Source: Spirochaetota bacterium
GTDB lineage: Bacteria > Spirochaetota > UBA4802 > UBA5550
DNA: 64,000 bases
Direction of reading: 5' to 3'
NCBI GenBank assembly: GCA_041737965.1
Contig: JBGSQT010000038.1
Span: 101,179-165,178 of the forward strand
Within the stretch, counting starts at the first letter, position 1. Every line of letters begins with the position of its first letter. The notes beneath the pieces were generated by a model. The model saw only the letters and a list, made by a program, of their open reading frames with translations, did no database searches and was not told where the DNA came from. This document shows positions 10,701 to 18,841 of the stretch, piece by piece. A program made the translations under genes and the position numbers.

Positions 10701-10829
10701 AGCTGGTCGGAAAAATTCGATACCAGAATCAATTCCGGTGCATCGGTGGTAGAAGATACGGTATGTCTGGGACTTGAAAACGGCGATGTCGTTCTCTTGA
10801 GGACGGACCTTGTAAATGTGGTAAAGTGA
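7737..10829 (+). CDS. 1030-aa membrane-anchored surface protein: FecR-like domain, four or more Fn3/Ig-like repeats, coiled coil, PEGA domain, PQQ-type beta-propeller
   Basis: N-terminal TM (FIVVGTSSLIILLFSTLLYF). FecR-like segment (QVVWEEVDQNMLVFNNDTIRTSE...DGTDISLDENSMILL). Repeats of about 95 aa each ending in GxYYW / GEYHW motifs. Ala/Lys/Glu coiled coil. PEGA-like segment (ISITVKAQGYDEYRTEVVLQTGDRKVVNARL). Six or more PQQ/BamB-like blades (YSLDLNSGKINWK, YALDDEDGDTEWDF, YAIDASRGRLKWKF, YALNAQKGNLQWKF...). Overlaps the cyclase gene by 17 nt. Confidence 0.8.
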   Translation: MKSWNSDFIVVGTSSLIILLFSTLLYFDFTKKLSVANAQEIGTITFKKKIAQRKYSGQVVWEEVDQNMLVFNNDTIRTSEISEAVVHLKDGTDISLDENSMILLSIDANAININFSQGSIFAKRGGIQGDVKEITIQSQDAKVSITNSDVQLTKTEKKDLDLTVTGGSAKVQIADNEQVVEKDQKIILAKGSKELKIVKLQIKPISPDPNKYFITSSDFSDVGFSWEPVEGNPDIYLEISRDKDFGRPIVKRKSEQNSVTERLQAGTYYWQLRAVDGKNGGAEVSGSRKLTVMRDTPARPIFPQQSKEFTYTAQPPMIQFRWSAGDLATAYVIEIARDPQYKSVVKSVETAQTAIAFGDLEAGEYHWRVKSRVQFGTVTQDGASETMSFTVKKIREIAPPELIAPLNKRIISTELIRKKELIFSWGADSRFNNYRLIIARDVEFKDIVARIQVNTNYHAMATDLPAGEYYWKVQPVAEGEDDAIFSKERSFNVISTDRLGLLMPAPNMEYLLKEDQKEVPVTFSWEKSPISGNYQFELSADKTFSSVLERKTLSLASVTQPSLKAGKYYWRIRLLDENRSLIMGSEAREFTVSTPRKDEAALALEAEKALAAQKELAAKMELEKKEKEKIAGTMLTVNSPVRRSAIYINGKLKGTSTVSINPVPGEKISITVKAQGYDEYRTEVVLQTGDRKVVNARLVDLKLMPRIRWKTNVQASVISKPVYEKDVIVVNTTGGGVVALNKYGNLLWRRSLGSTSKSTPVIDNSSVYVDTVDSNLYSLDLNSGKINWKQTLDGPLLFGAQPLTVNGRVFAATSYGKIVAFSAKDGKELWKRDIMAGVFSSMEHYDDLLFIGTDQSMLYALDDEDGDTEWDFEVDSRIISSSPKVYKDTLYVGCYSGSFYAIDASRGRLKWKFKAEQSILSNPAFHGETVYVGSSDGKLYALNAQKGNLQWKFDAGSKTVSEPEMLNDELFVTSGNSVFSLKLDTGKVSWSEKFDTRINSGASVVEDTVCLGLENGDVVLLRTDLVNVVK

Positions 10830-10840
10830 CAAACGGAAAA

Positions 10841-11425
10841 TCAGTAAAATGTTTCTTTGATATTGAATTCCCACAGTTCCACCAGCTTGTCGAATTCCCT
10901 GTCCCTCGGTTTATCCCTGTACGCGTAGTTTTTTCTCTTAATGAGGTAGGCTACCGTGGAGTCCTCGAGCAGAAAAACCTGACCCAGTCCGTATAATTTT
11001 TTTATCAGATAATTCAAGTTGAATGTCTGAAAATCACCGAGGAATTTTGATGAGGCCACGGTGGGTTCATATTTCAGAAGCAATTCCGTAAAATAAAGGG
11101 CAAGTCTCCAGGAATCAGTGCTCCCTCCCATCGCCGTTTTGAAATGCATGCTGAGCTTTTCAAAGAGGTCCATGTTTTTGTAATAGGAATCATAAATTAT
11201 CTTTATGTATTCGGGAAAGATATTCTGGATCTCCATCAGGTCTATCGGTTCATCCGCCTCGGTGAAGTGGCTGAATATTTTTTTGCTTCCCTCGATTTCC
11301 GGCTTCACGTCAATAAGTTCGATATACAGGTCCTTGATGACGGTTCGGACCTTGCCCGCTTTTTTCAAATAGATTTCAATTTCCACCGGTTCAATGTAAT
11401 AATGCTTGTTTTCTTCTTTCTTCAT
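10841..11425 (-). CDS. hypothetical protein
   Basis: 194-aa ORF, last gene of the minus-strand string antiporter / LysM-like protein / this gene (4-nt gap to the upstream gene); no recognised motif. Confidence 0.45.
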   Translation of the reverse strand: MKKEENKHYYIEPVEIEIYLKKAGKVRTVIKDLYIELIDVKPEIEGSKKIFSHFTEADEPIDLMEIQNIFPEYIKIIYDSYYKNMDLFEKLSMHFKTAMGGSTDSWRLALYFTELLLKYEPTVASSKFLGDFQTFNLNYLIKKLYGLGQVFLLEDSTVAYLIKRKNYAYRDKPRDREFDKLVELWEFNIKETFY

Positions 11426-11428
11426 CGA

Positions 11429-13810
11429 CTATTTTTCCGGAAAGGCAAGGAGATCGTCGACGGCTTTTATCTGGCTATCCGTAAACGCTGACTCCCGCGC
11501 CTTTAATAGTGTTTTTCTTTTTTCCTCGCCTGAGAGGGCTGTGCTTTTTTTCATAATCTCCTCGAATTGCACCGTGAGCCGGATCAGCTTGTCCCTGGAA
11601 AGGTCCCAGAGCGTGTCGCCTTCCTTTACCACGACCACCTCGCCGTCCGTCAGCTTGAACTCGTTTTTCGGATAAATCCAGTCCGGATTTCTGCCTGTTT
11701 TTATTGTTTGATAGGGGATGCTGTTATAGCCGTTCATCCTTGCCACACGGTTCGCGTAATTGAAGATATCGCTGTTCTTGATGGTGATATTATACTTTTT
11801 TTCGTAAAACACCCGGTCAACTTCGTTCAGTTTCTTTGAGAGTTTTTCCCCGCCGCCATTGCGGGCCGCGTCATGGGGCAGGAAAAAGAGGACCGCCGCC
11901 GCCGTAAAGATTAGCACGATCAGGAACGCCGCGGCCGCAATTTTTATCCTTTTCGGAATTGACGTGAACGGGGATTTTCTCTTTGCGCCTTGCGCTTCCT
12001 GATCATTTGCGGTATCGTCAAGGACCGAGGAATCGCGCCCTCCGAACATCACTTTTTTATAATCATCTACATTCACGATGGCGTCTGACACGCTGATGGC
12101 TTTCCGTTTCCCGATGTCTTTCCCCAGGATGCGGACGGAGTCGCTGTATTCCGATTTAAACATCTCTGAATCAGTGTACAGCGTGAGCAGTTGTCTCAGC
12201 CGTTCACGGTCCACGGTGATGCGGCGGATGTACTGTTCAAGAAACGTACCGGCGAAACGGTCATGGGTGTGTTCCAGCACTTCATCAAATACCGGCTCAA
12301 CTGCTCCAAATGACAATTCCACGATTCCGATGACGATGGTCTCACGGAAGAAATATATCCTGTGAACGAGGCTCTCAGACGCCCCGCGCACGGTCTCCCG
12401 GTCAATTTTTTTTGCGGCCGCGGTCTTAATCTCCCTGAAAATGGAGACCTCGTTTCTGTCCTTCGTGGAATGGAGCGCCAGGGCCGCCATGACCGTTATG
12501 CGTGACAGCATGACGGCGGATGCCAGGGTGCCGTCCGCGGAGGTGATTCGTCCGCGCAGAAATTCGGCCCATTCCTTAAGACCGTCAGCGGGCAGCGACA
12601 TTTCGGGGGGGATCCCCAGGTCCGCGGCAATGGAGGCGGCCTCGGATGCCGACCTGATTTCATAATGGGTCCCCGCGCTCAGTATAATCGTATCGGAATC
12701 CGCGATTTTAGAGATATTTCTGTGCCCGTCGTCTATCACCGCATAAGGGATCCGTGACGTGCGGAACAGCATGGCCGCCTCTTCAAACACGGAATATGTC
12801 ACCAGGATGCCCTTCAGGTCGTCAGAGAGGATTTTTTTTATCCCGCCGGGGGCTTTAATGAAGGCGATGGCGGTGTCCGCCCCTTCTGGTTCCGTTTTTA
12901 TATAGGTGATTCTGATATTGTAGGTGCCCTGATACCCCTTGATCAAACGCCCGTTTTCGTTCTGGAGCAGAAGCCCGTTGAAGGGGGTGCGCCTCATGGA
13001 GAGTCCCGGGATGAGTTTTTTCACGTTTTGAAACAGGGCGGAATGATCACTTGCGATGGTAATGGGCCCTTTAACGCCGCTTTTCCATTTAAGGAAACGC
13101 AGCGTATTAAGCAGTGTCATGGATGGATGAATGATCTCCTTTATTCTGGCAGGGTCAATGCCAAGTCGCGAGAAAGACTCGAGGTATCTCGCGGGAAAGA
13201 GGTATGAGGTGAACGTCCCTTTTGAGAAGAAAATCGGGGTGTGGCCGGCGATGATAAATCCCGAGCCGCCGAACCTCTTTACGCCGGCGCACTGCCGGGA
13301 CACACGGTCATGCAGGTCGCTGTAATTCATGAAGCGGCCGCTCATTTCCTTTAAATCTACAATGACCGACGCATTGTGGACGGTTTTAAAATTGCCGTCC
13401 TTGTAAAAGACGCCGATAAACTGGCTTTTTTCGGAAAGGCTCCTTTCCTTGGAAAGCTCCGGTATGTCCTTTTCTACGTCCACCACGGACGCATTGGTGA
13501 GATCGAGGCCGAAAATTCTCTGGAAATCCAGGAACCGGCGGACCGTGTCGTTACCCCCGATGTAGCGGTTCGATTGGAGATAACGTATGTCGATGTTGAA
13601 CTGTTCACCGGAAGGATTTCCTATCATAGTATCCGTAATAATTATGTTCTCAATGAGAGGGATCAGCTCCACCGGCATATCGAGCCAGTTGCCGATCCTG
13701 ATAAAGGGCTTGTTGTCCTCGATGCTCGTGCCGGTGAAAATGATGTAACATTCGGGATCGACCACAAAAAGCCGGTCCTGATCGGTGCGTATTATATCAC
13801 TGATTTCCAT
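11429..13810 (-). CDS. bitopic membrane protein with large cytoplasmic N-domain and periplasmic LysM-like C-terminal segment
   Basis: 793 aa; single TM near residue 645 (IAAAAFLIVLIFTAAAVLFFL); C-terminal VVVVKEGDTLWDLSRDKL resembles the start of a LysM motif; N-terminal 600 aa unassigned. Confidence 0.55.
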   Translation of the reverse strand: MEISDIIRTDQDRLFVVDPECYIIFTGTSIEDNKPFIRIGNWLDMPVELIPLIENIIITDTMIGNPSGEQFNIDIRYLQSNRYIGGNDTVRRFLDFQRIFGLDLTNASVVDVEKDIPELSKERSLSEKSQFIGVFYKDGNFKTVHNASVIVDLKEMSGRFMNYSDLHDRVSRQCAGVKRFGGSGFIIAGHTPIFFSKGTFTSYLFPARYLESFSRLGIDPARIKEIIHPSMTLLNTLRFLKWKSGVKGPITIASDHSALFQNVKKLIPGLSMRRTPFNGLLLQNENGRLIKGYQGTYNIRITYIKTEPEGADTAIAFIKAPGGIKKILSDDLKGILVTYSVFEEAAMLFRTSRIPYAVIDDGHRNISKIADSDTIILSAGTHYEIRSASEAASIAADLGIPPEMSLPADGLKEWAEFLRGRITSADGTLASAVMLSRITVMAALALHSTKDRNEVSIFREIKTAAAKKIDRETVRGASESLVHRIYFFRETIVIGIVELSFGAVEPVFDEVLEHTHDRFAGTFLEQYIRRITVDRERLRQLLTLYTDSEMFKSEYSDSVRILGKDIGKRKAISVSDAIVNVDDYKKVMFGGRDSSVLDDTANDQEAQGAKRKSPFTSIPKRIKIAAAAFLIVLIFTAAAVLFFLPHDAARNGGGEKLSKKLNEVDRVFYEKKYNITIKNSDIFNYANRVARMNGYNSIPYQTIKTGRNPDWIYPKNEFKLTDGEVVVVKEGDTLWDLSRDKLIRLTVQFEEIMKKSTALSGEEKRKTLLKARESAFTDSQIKAVDDLLAFPEK

Positions 13811-13825
13811 GAATAACCTTCCCGT

Positions 13826-15517
13826 TTAGCCGGTATATTGTGACTTTATTGCGGCGATAAAATGGATGAAGCTGTCCGCGTTCATCGTTTCCGTCCTTAC
13901 CTTTTCATTTAAAAAAACGTTGGAGAGCTCCGAGAGTATCTGTATCTGCATGTTCTGATCGCTCAGGGGAGTCAATATCAAAAAAACCAGGTGCGCGGGC
14001 AAACCGTCGGGGGCGTTGAAATCTATTCCTGTGTTTGAGATACCCACTACCAGGTGCGGTTTATCGATTTCCGGGAGCCTCGCGTGGGGGAAGGCGATGT
14101 TGAAACCCATCCCGGTGCTCATCAGCATTTCCCTTTCCAGCACCTTGTAGAATATTCGGTCAGACTGCAGTCCGGTTTTAACCGAAGCTGTATCCGCAAG
14201 CTCCCGTATCGCATCCCGCAGCGTGATCGCCTTCATGTCCTGGATAAACCCTCTCCTGTCAATGAGATCGAGAATGTTTAGGGTTTTTTCCTTTTTTAGG
14301 AACATTTTCAACAGCGGGGCGCTAAGAACCGTGGTCACGACCGCCATGATAACAATCGACTCAAAGGCGTCTTCGTTGATGATGCCGTACTGAAGCGCCA
14401 CCAATCCCAGTATTATACCCATCGCACCGCTTGCGATTGTTCCTGAGCCGATGGACATCCTGATTTTCATATCGACCCTGTTCAGGCTCCCGGCCGCAAA
14501 GGCGGCCGCGAACTTGCCGGCGATCACGACTCCCACAATGATGAGCGTGAGGAGAGGGTTGAAGTTTCTAATGAAATCGATCCTCATGCCGATTGAGGCG
14601 AAAAAGAGCGGCGAGAATATGTTATTGACGAACTTGTCGATGATCTCGCGGGTTTTTTCCCTTAGATGCGGTGTATCCCCGATGGCGATACCCGCCATGA
14701 AAGCGCCGAAAATCGCGTGCATGCCTATGGCCTCAGCCAAAGACGAAAGAAAAAGCCCTGAAACCACGACAAAGGCGATGACTCCTCCGGGATAGCTCGT
14801 GTGCGCCTGAATCCAGGGAAGCGTCTGGTGGACAATGCCCCTGAACACGACAAGGACGGCGGCGCTGAAGGCGAGGGTAAGGCCGATCGTCTGGGCCACC
14901 ATCAGCGGCTGGACGGCGCCGGTGTGTATCACCTGGATGACCACGGAAAACACGATCCAGCCGAGAAGATCGTTGATCATCGCGATACTCAGGATGAGCA
15001 TTCCGAAATCCGATTGAAACAGTTTGAGGTCCATGAGGATTTTCGCGATCACCGGAAGCGCGGTGATCGAGAGTGCTGTCCCGACAAAGAGCATGATTGC
15101 CAGGCGGTTGTCGGCGGAACCAAACAGTTCCGGAAACAGGTAGCCCAGAAGAATGCCTAAAGAAAAGGGGATGGCGATGCTGAAGAGACTGAAGATCATC
15201 ACCGACCTCCCCTGTTTCAGCACCGAAGAGAGGTCCACTTCGAGTCCGGCGACGAGCAGAAGAAGGATGACCCCGAGCAGGGCCAGCATGTCGATTGATA
15301 CATAAATCCTGGCGCCCGTGGGGAAAAGCCATTGGGCGAACTCCGGATTGATCCGTCCCAGGAGCGTCGGGCCGATGAGGATTCCGGCGAAAATTTCCCC
15401 TATCAGCGAAGGGAGTTTGATCCTGTTGAAGGCTTCGCCGAGAATTTTCGCACTTCCGAGAATGACAGCAAGGCTCAGAAGGCCCACTATGATTTCATTG
15501 CCTGTGAGTGTACCCAT
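13826..15517 (-). CDS. CPA2-family cation:proton antiporter fused to a PTS EIIA (type 2 / Ntr-like) domain
   Basis: About 400-aa polytopic Na+/H+-exchanger-like domain followed by a C-terminal domain with the EIIA-2 phospho-histidine motif (GMGFNIAFPHARL...HLVFLILTP). Confidence 0.82.
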   Translation of the reverse strand: MGTLTGNEIIVGLLSLAVILGSAKILGEAFNRIKLPSLIGEIFAGILIGPTLLGRINPEFAQWLFPTGARIYVSIDMLALLGVILLLLVAGLEVDLSSVLKQGRSVMIFSLFSIAIPFSLGILLGYLFPELFGSADNRLAIMLFVGTALSITALPVIAKILMDLKLFQSDFGMLILSIAMINDLLGWIVFSVVIQVIHTGAVQPLMVAQTIGLTLAFSAAVLVVFRGIVHQTLPWIQAHTSYPGGVIAFVVVSGLFLSSLAEAIGMHAIFGAFMAGIAIGDTPHLREKTREIIDKFVNNIFSPLFFASIGMRIDFIRNFNPLLTLIIVGVVIAGKFAAAFAAGSLNRVDMKIRMSIGSGTIASGAMGIILGLVALQYGIINEDAFESIVIMAVVTTVLSAPLLKMFLKKEKTLNILDLIDRRGFIQDMKAITLRDAIRELADTASVKTGLQSDRIFYKVLEREMLMSTGMGFNIAFPHARLPEIDKPHLVVGISNTGIDFNAPDGLPAHLVFLILTPLSDQNMQIQILSELSNVFLNEKVRTETMNADSFIHFIAAIKSQYTG

Positions 15518-15688
15518 ATCGCTCTTGTCAAATCAGGGATGAAGGGGGATTGATGATAAAAGAATTTTTTATCCCCCCGATGGACATTCATATATTTTTT
15601 CATTTATTTGTGCAATAAATTTTTAACATCATCCGGCATCAAATCGATACTTAATATGACAAGAAGCGTATTGGGGCAGGGTTTTTAA

Positions 15689-15718
15689 TTGACAATTACA
15701 GATTTTTATCTGATAAAT
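15689..15718 (+). promoter_or_regulatory. sigma70-like promoter (TTGACA-18-ATAAAT)
   Basis: TTGACA at 15689-15694, ATAAAT at 15713-15718, upstream of the 15743 ORF in a divergent intergenic region. Confidence 0.4.
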
Positions 15719-15742
15719 ACGGCGGGACCGTAATGGAATTCA

Positions 15743-18187
15743 TTGAAAATGATTAACAATCTGCTTTCTCTTTTATTAAACGCCAGATTCCGCTACCCTC
15801 AGTGGCGGCGTGCATGGTGGTTTCTTACCGTCACGTTTTCGGTAGGTGTGTTGATCCTTGTGCTGTTCAGGCCGGAGGAAGTGATAACACAGACCGTTGG
15901 ATGGGAGCAAAATTACCAGATTTCCGGCTATAAGATGGTATCGAAAAACGTCTCTGTTTCCTCGAGAGGCAATTTCGTCGCCTCCGCATTTGAAGCTGTT
16001 ACGGGTAACTCAAAGGGGATTTTTGTGTCAGTTTCATTTGACGGCGGCGCCGGGTTTCTTCCGCCGATAAAGGTGGCCGACATAGTTTCCCAGGCCGACA
16101 CCAATCCCCAGGTGGCCGTGTCAGGGAAGGGGGATGTGTCGGTTGCATGGCACGCCTTCAGGGAGGAAGAATTCACTGACAGGATGTATTTCGCTGAATC
16201 CCGTGACTTCGGGGCCAACTGGACGGAACCGAAACAGATAGTCATCGGGTATGATCTGGAGATGCTGCCTCGAGTTTATTATGACGAAGACCAGAAGCTT
16301 CACCTTTTTTTTCAGGGGAACACGGGGGATTCGTTCAATCTCTACCACGCGATCCGGAACGCCGAGGGGACCTTTGAGGTCACCGGGCCGATAATCGAAA
16401 TATCCCAGCCTCTGCTGGGGGCGTTTTTCCCATCAATACACCTTTCCGGGCGAAGCTTTTTCATCGTATGGCAGGGGCGAAGCGGCACATACACCGATAA
16501 TCTCTTTTTTATCCGCTCATTCAATTCTGGCAGGAGCTGGGGCGGCAGGCAGCAGATCACCTCGACTGAAGGGAGCAGCATCGCGCCCTCTGTGCTTTTG
16601 CACCGGAATGCGCTGTATGTTGCGTATCAGAACAACGACTCTAAAAACTGGTCAATCAAGCTCATAAAGGGCGATCCGAACGGAGAGTTATGGGACACCA
16701 GTCCCCTGCAGGTTTCCCAGACCAACGTGAACTGCTTCGCGCCGGTGATTGTCCCTTCCGGAAACGATCTGATGGTCCTATGGTATGACGCCAGGGAGGG
16801 GAAGGACAATGTCTATGCCAGAAAATACACCGTCAAGGACGACAGGGTCGGAGATCTGAGGAGGCTTTCGGTGCGCAATATCGCGGCCAAAAGCCCCGCC
16901 GCTGTCGCGGTAGGCAACAAGGTCGTGGCCATGTGGGAAGAAGGCGGCGTCATCATGGGAAAGAATTCCGACGTGCATGTTGATCCTCCGGTGGTCACCT
17001 CGTCTTCGCATCCGGAAGGTCTTTGGTCGAAGAATCCGGTGGCCTACATTAAATGGAAGGCGCCGTCTGATGAATCCGGCATCGTCGCCTACTGGACTCT
17101 GGTGACGACGAAGCCCGATCCGAGGCCTTTTGTGGACCCGCCGATTGCCGATACCGAAGGGAACGTGACCCAGAAGATAATTCCCGACCTTAATGACGGG
17201 ATCACCTATTTTCACATCCGCGCCGAGGACGGAGCGGGCAACCTGAGCAGGACGGTGCACTACAAAATTCAGGTGAGTATAAATCCGCTCCCTCTGCCTG
17301 TGGTTGTCTCTCCCACTCATCCGCAGGGACAGCCTTCTCAATCCCCGTCCCCCTCTTTCCGATGGGCCGTGGACGATTCAGACAGGCTGAAAGGATTTTA
17401 TTATTCCCTGTCCAAGGACTATTTCGCGCGGCCGGATACCTTTACGACCGATTTCGAAGTGTCTTTCAAGGACCTGCCCGAGGGGAGGTATTTTTTCAGG
17501 CTCGCCGCGGTTGACAAAACCAATCATTTAAGCCAGCCGTCAACCTACGATATAGTCGTCGGCAAAGCTGAAGAGCTCGATACGGAATTGCTCAAAAAGA
17601 TCGCCAAAGAGGAGAAATATATTCCCGAAAAGGAGAAAGAAGAGGCTATCAGGATGCCGAGACGCCCGTTGCCGTCAGCATTCATCACCTTCCCCTTCGT
17701 TACTTCCCGGCCTTTTGATAAAAACGGTTTCAGGGCACTTATCGTCACCCGGAATATCGCGAAAGAGAGTATACTAGGGTATTCAGTTTTTATCGACAGG
17801 ACACGGAAGGATTTCCCCCCGGGGATAACCACGAAAAGCGACATACTGAATGTGACAAACCTTACCAGCGGTCAATACAATATCGGCGTACGATGCAAGT
17901 ACTATACCATGGCGGGGGGCAGAAAGGAAATCCGTTGGACAGGGGGATCGGTTGTAACATTTACCGTCAATCTCAGCGACAGGCCATCGCCCCTGGAACG
18001 GATACTTGGGAGCGTGACAGACAGAATCAGGGGATTTGCCTCGGTAACGACCCTTTTTTTTCTGACTGTAGGGTTTTCCATTGTCCTGATTGGATATGGG
18101 AAAAGAATTGCGTTCACCGTAAATCTCGTACAGTATCGTATGAGGACAGCTGTTGATAGACATTTCCGCAGAGCAGAGGAAAGCTGA
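15743..18187 (+). CDS. 814-aa BNR/sialidase-repeat and Fn3-like protein with TM helices at both ends
   Basis: N-terminal TM (WWFLTVTFSVGVLILVLF). BNR Asp-box repeats (SRDFGANW, SFNSGRSW, SFDGGAGF). Two Fn3-like modules (repeated P...HPQG..S.SP..F.W..D segments). C-terminal TM (LFFLTVGFSIVLIGY). Confidence 0.7.
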   Translation: MKMINNLLSLLLNARFRYPQWRRAWWFLTVTFSVGVLILVLFRPEEVITQTVGWEQNYQISGYKMVSKNVSVSSRGNFVASAFEAVTGNSKGIFVSVSFDGGAGFLPPIKVADIVSQADTNPQVAVSGKGDVSVAWHAFREEEFTDRMYFAESRDFGANWTEPKQIVIGYDLEMLPRVYYDEDQKLHLFFQGNTGDSFNLYHAIRNAEGTFEVTGPIIEISQPLLGAFFPSIHLSGRSFFIVWQGRSGTYTDNLFFIRSFNSGRSWGGRQQITSTEGSSIAPSVLLHRNALYVAYQNNDSKNWSIKLIKGDPNGELWDTSPLQVSQTNVNCFAPVIVPSGNDLMVLWYDAREGKDNVYARKYTVKDDRVGDLRRLSVRNIAAKSPAAVAVGNKVVAMWEEGGVIMGKNSDVHVDPPVVTSSSHPEGLWSKNPVAYIKWKAPSDESGIVAYWTLVTTKPDPRPFVDPPIADTEGNVTQKIIPDLNDGITYFHIRAEDGAGNLSRTVHYKIQVSINPLPLPVVVSPTHPQGQPSQSPSPSFRWAVDDSDRLKGFYYSLSKDYFARPDTFTTDFEVSFKDLPEGRYFFRLAAVDKTNHLSQPSTYDIVVGKAEELDTELLKKIAKEEKYIPEKEKEEAIRMPRRPLPSAFITFPFVTSRPFDKNGFRALIVTRNIAKESILGYSVFIDRTRKDFPPGITTKSDILNVTNLTSGQYNIGVRCKYYTMAGGRKEIRWTGGSVVTFTVNLSDRPSPLERILGSVTDRIRGFASVTTLFFLTVGFSIVLIGYGKRIAFTVNLVQYRMRTAVDRHFRRAEES

Positions 18188-18268
18188 GTTTTATAGACAG
18201 TTTTCTTTTTTATGTAGATAATTTACGGTGTTTTGACACTTTTTGACATTTTTTGAAAAAAAAAACTA

Positions 18269-18298
18269 TTGCATTTTCTATTCTGAATCTAATATAAT
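18269..18298 (+). promoter_or_regulatory. sigma70 promoter TTGCAT-18-TATAAT
   Basis: TTGCAT 18269-18274 and TATAAT 18293-18298; strong GGGAGG Shine-Dalgarno at 18341-18346 six nt before the ATG at 18352; tandem TTTTGACA repeats at 18231-18250 immediately upstream. Confidence 0.55.
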
Positions 18299-18351
18299 CG
18301 CTCCATTGAAGTTAACAATCTTTACATTAAAACATTTTTTGGGAGGTTTAA

Positions 18352-18810
18352 ATGAAGAAATTAGTAATGCTTCTCACCCTCTGTTTCACCCTTATCGCGA
18401 CGGTGACTTTCGCCGGTGATATGCTGCGCAGAAATACCGGCTGCGGTATGGGATCAATCTGGTTTGCTGAAAAAGAAGGCATGCTCTTCCATCTTCTTGC
18501 GACGACATCAAACGGCTATTCCCAGACTTTCGGGATTTCCTCCGGAACCAGCGGATGCCAGCAGTTTAATGGAATTGTATTCAACAGCAGGATGGAAAAC
18601 TATGTCGCCCAGAATCTTGACAATCTCGCGACAGACATTGCCCGCGGAAACGGCGAATATGTCCAGACACTGGCAATACTGATGGAAGTGCCGGATGCCA
18701 GCAGGGCTGCGTTTTATTCAAGGCTTCAGCAGAATTTCTCAAGGATATACACATCACCGGACGTCAACGCGACCGATGTGGTGAGAAACATATCCTCGGT
18801 TGTTCAGTAA
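18352..18810 (+). CDS. small secreted protein (DUF3015-like)
   Basis: 152 aa, signal peptide (LLTLCFTLIATVTFAG); Cys-containing, resembles the DUF3015 family of small periplasmic proteins; own promoter and terminator. Confidence 0.55.
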   Translation: MKKLVMLLTLCFTLIATVTFAGDMLRRNTGCGMGSIWFAEKEGMLFHLLATTSNGYSQTFGISSGTSGCQQFNGIVFNSRMENYVAQNLDNLATDIARGNGEYVQTLAILMEVPDASRAAFYSRLQQNFSRIYTSPDVNATDVVRNISSVVQ

Positions 18811-18841
18811 ACTGATCCGTTTCGACTTTCACTGAATTCTA

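Noticed and set aside
14733-15332. 199-aa minus-strand alternative-frame ORF and 119-aa plus-strand ORF inside the antiporter gene
   Set aside because: Fully nested in the well-supported CPA2 antiporter reading frame; composition-driven open frames.
16778-17341. 187-aa minus-strand ORF inside the BNR-repeat gene
   Set aside because: Antisense to a long plus-strand ORF with repeated Asp-box and Fn3 motifs; R/G/H-rich low-complexity product.
18231-18255. Tandem TTTTGACA(C/T)TTTTTGACATTTTTT repeat
   Set aside because: Considered as a possible transcription-factor operator or short tandem repeat locus. With only two copies lying just upstream of a good promoter, it is most simply an UP-element-like A/T tract or duplicated -35 boxes, and is recorded only as part of the promoter feature.
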